A stretch of 64,000 nucleotides of DNA from Chiloscyllium plagiosum. Taxonomy: Eukaryota. Shown piece by piece: positions 63,065 to 64,000 of this stretch. The notes beneath the pieces are model-generated. The model had not been told where the DNA came from. It did not search any database and saw nothing but the letters and a program-made list of their open reading frames with translations. The position numbers were made by a program, and so were the translations under genes. Where the stretch lies: positions 75,021,561 to 75,085,560 of the forward strand of contig NC_057711.1 in assembly GCF_004010195.1 (NCBI RefSeq), read 5' to 3'. Positions within the stretch are counted from its first letter, which is position 1, and every line of letters begins with the position of its first letter.

Positions 63065-63433
63065 TTAAGAAGACGTTTATAAAATCATTAAGGGCACAGA
63101 TAACTTGAAAAGCAAAGGTCTTTTCCATTGTGTTGGAGAGTTCAAAACTCAACGGCATGTTTTTAAGGGGAGAAGGTAAATATTTAAAAGGGATCCGAGG
63201 GGCAACTTTTTCATGCGGGGATGCTCCATATGTGGAATGAACTACCAGAGGAAGTGGGATGTGCAGGTACAGTTCCATATTTAAAAGACTTTTGGACAGA
63301 TACATGAATAGGAGAGGTTTAAGAGGGATATGGGCCAAATGCAAGCAAATGAGACTAGTTTGGGAAACTTGGTTCTGCTTGGTTGAGCTGGACTGAAGGG
63401 TCTGTTTCCATGCTGTATGACTCTACAACTCTA
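63065..63433 (+). mobile_element. CR1 3' fragment
   Basis: tggaatgaactaccagaggaagtg; tail gggtctgtttccatgctgtatgactctacaactct. Confidence 0.9.
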
Positions 63434-64000
63434 AAGTAACTTTTTATCTGGATATTGGGTGGTATAACAATTAGATTAAATTTAGAAGATAGCTAAAGCA
63501 ATAACAGATTTCTAATAAAATTGATTCTAGTGACAGCTAGGACCATAGAGATATCTTACAATGTGATGTGAGGTGCCACCAGAAGACAACAGATTTTCAA
63601 TATCCCAAGGCATATTGCATTTGGTTCAGGAAATGACCAGGAGAATAAAATATCTGCATCAAGGGACATAGCTTGACACATCTGTGCCTGAGCTCAACAG
63701 ACAGGACAATTGGTGTGTAATGTTTTGCCCCTGGCATTCTTTGTGGACGTCTGGATCATTCCAGAATGTCAAACTGCAGCTGTATCAGCTCTTGTGTCCT
63801 AAGCAGTATCATAGAGGTCTGGTTTAAATGCTTACAAATCTGTATTGCCGCTATTGATGTCATAATCTTGTGAAGGACTGACAGACTAAGCCATGCACTT
63901 TTTGTTTGCTGGAGAGGGCAACTTTGATGAGAAGTAACTTTTTGTCATTTAGTCCAATGTGTTGCTTTGGGGTATTCAGATTTCAGAATTCACAAGCAGC

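Noticed and set aside
1..64000. CRISPR array, rRNA, operon-type or prokaryotic defence systems
   Set aside because: No regularly spaced repeat-spacer array or dense coding structure; the sequence is vertebrate repeat-rich DNA

Overview
AT-rich, repeat-dense vertebrate genomic DNA, intronic or intergenic. The repeat content points to a shark (inference): HE1-type tRNA SINEs sharing 3' tails with CR1/HER1-type LINEs, a SacSINE/DeuSINE-like element and many Penelope-like elements (PLEs). No intact protein-coding gene is recognisable. The recognisable ORFs are decayed retroelement fragments (CR1 esterase/APE/RT, L2, Rex1/Babar, Tx1-like, PLE RT/GIY-YIG, a Harbinger Myb-like remnant), and the rest look like chance ORFs. 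The most notable signal is about a dozen minimal type-I hammerhead ribozyme motifs (CUGANGA...GAAA..UH) in three sequence-distinct PLE-derived families. Each family has a 4-nt palindromic stem III (ACGU or AGCU) that implies cleavage as dimers, and the motifs sit in short, often fold-back, TSD-flanked insertions. Other oddities: a 299-bp duplication around a 70-bp SINE tail, serial insertions at one target motif, multi-level nesting in one PLE, and candidate minus-strand microexons. Element boundaries are approximate unless a TSD is quoted, and family names come from recall of motifs, not database searches.
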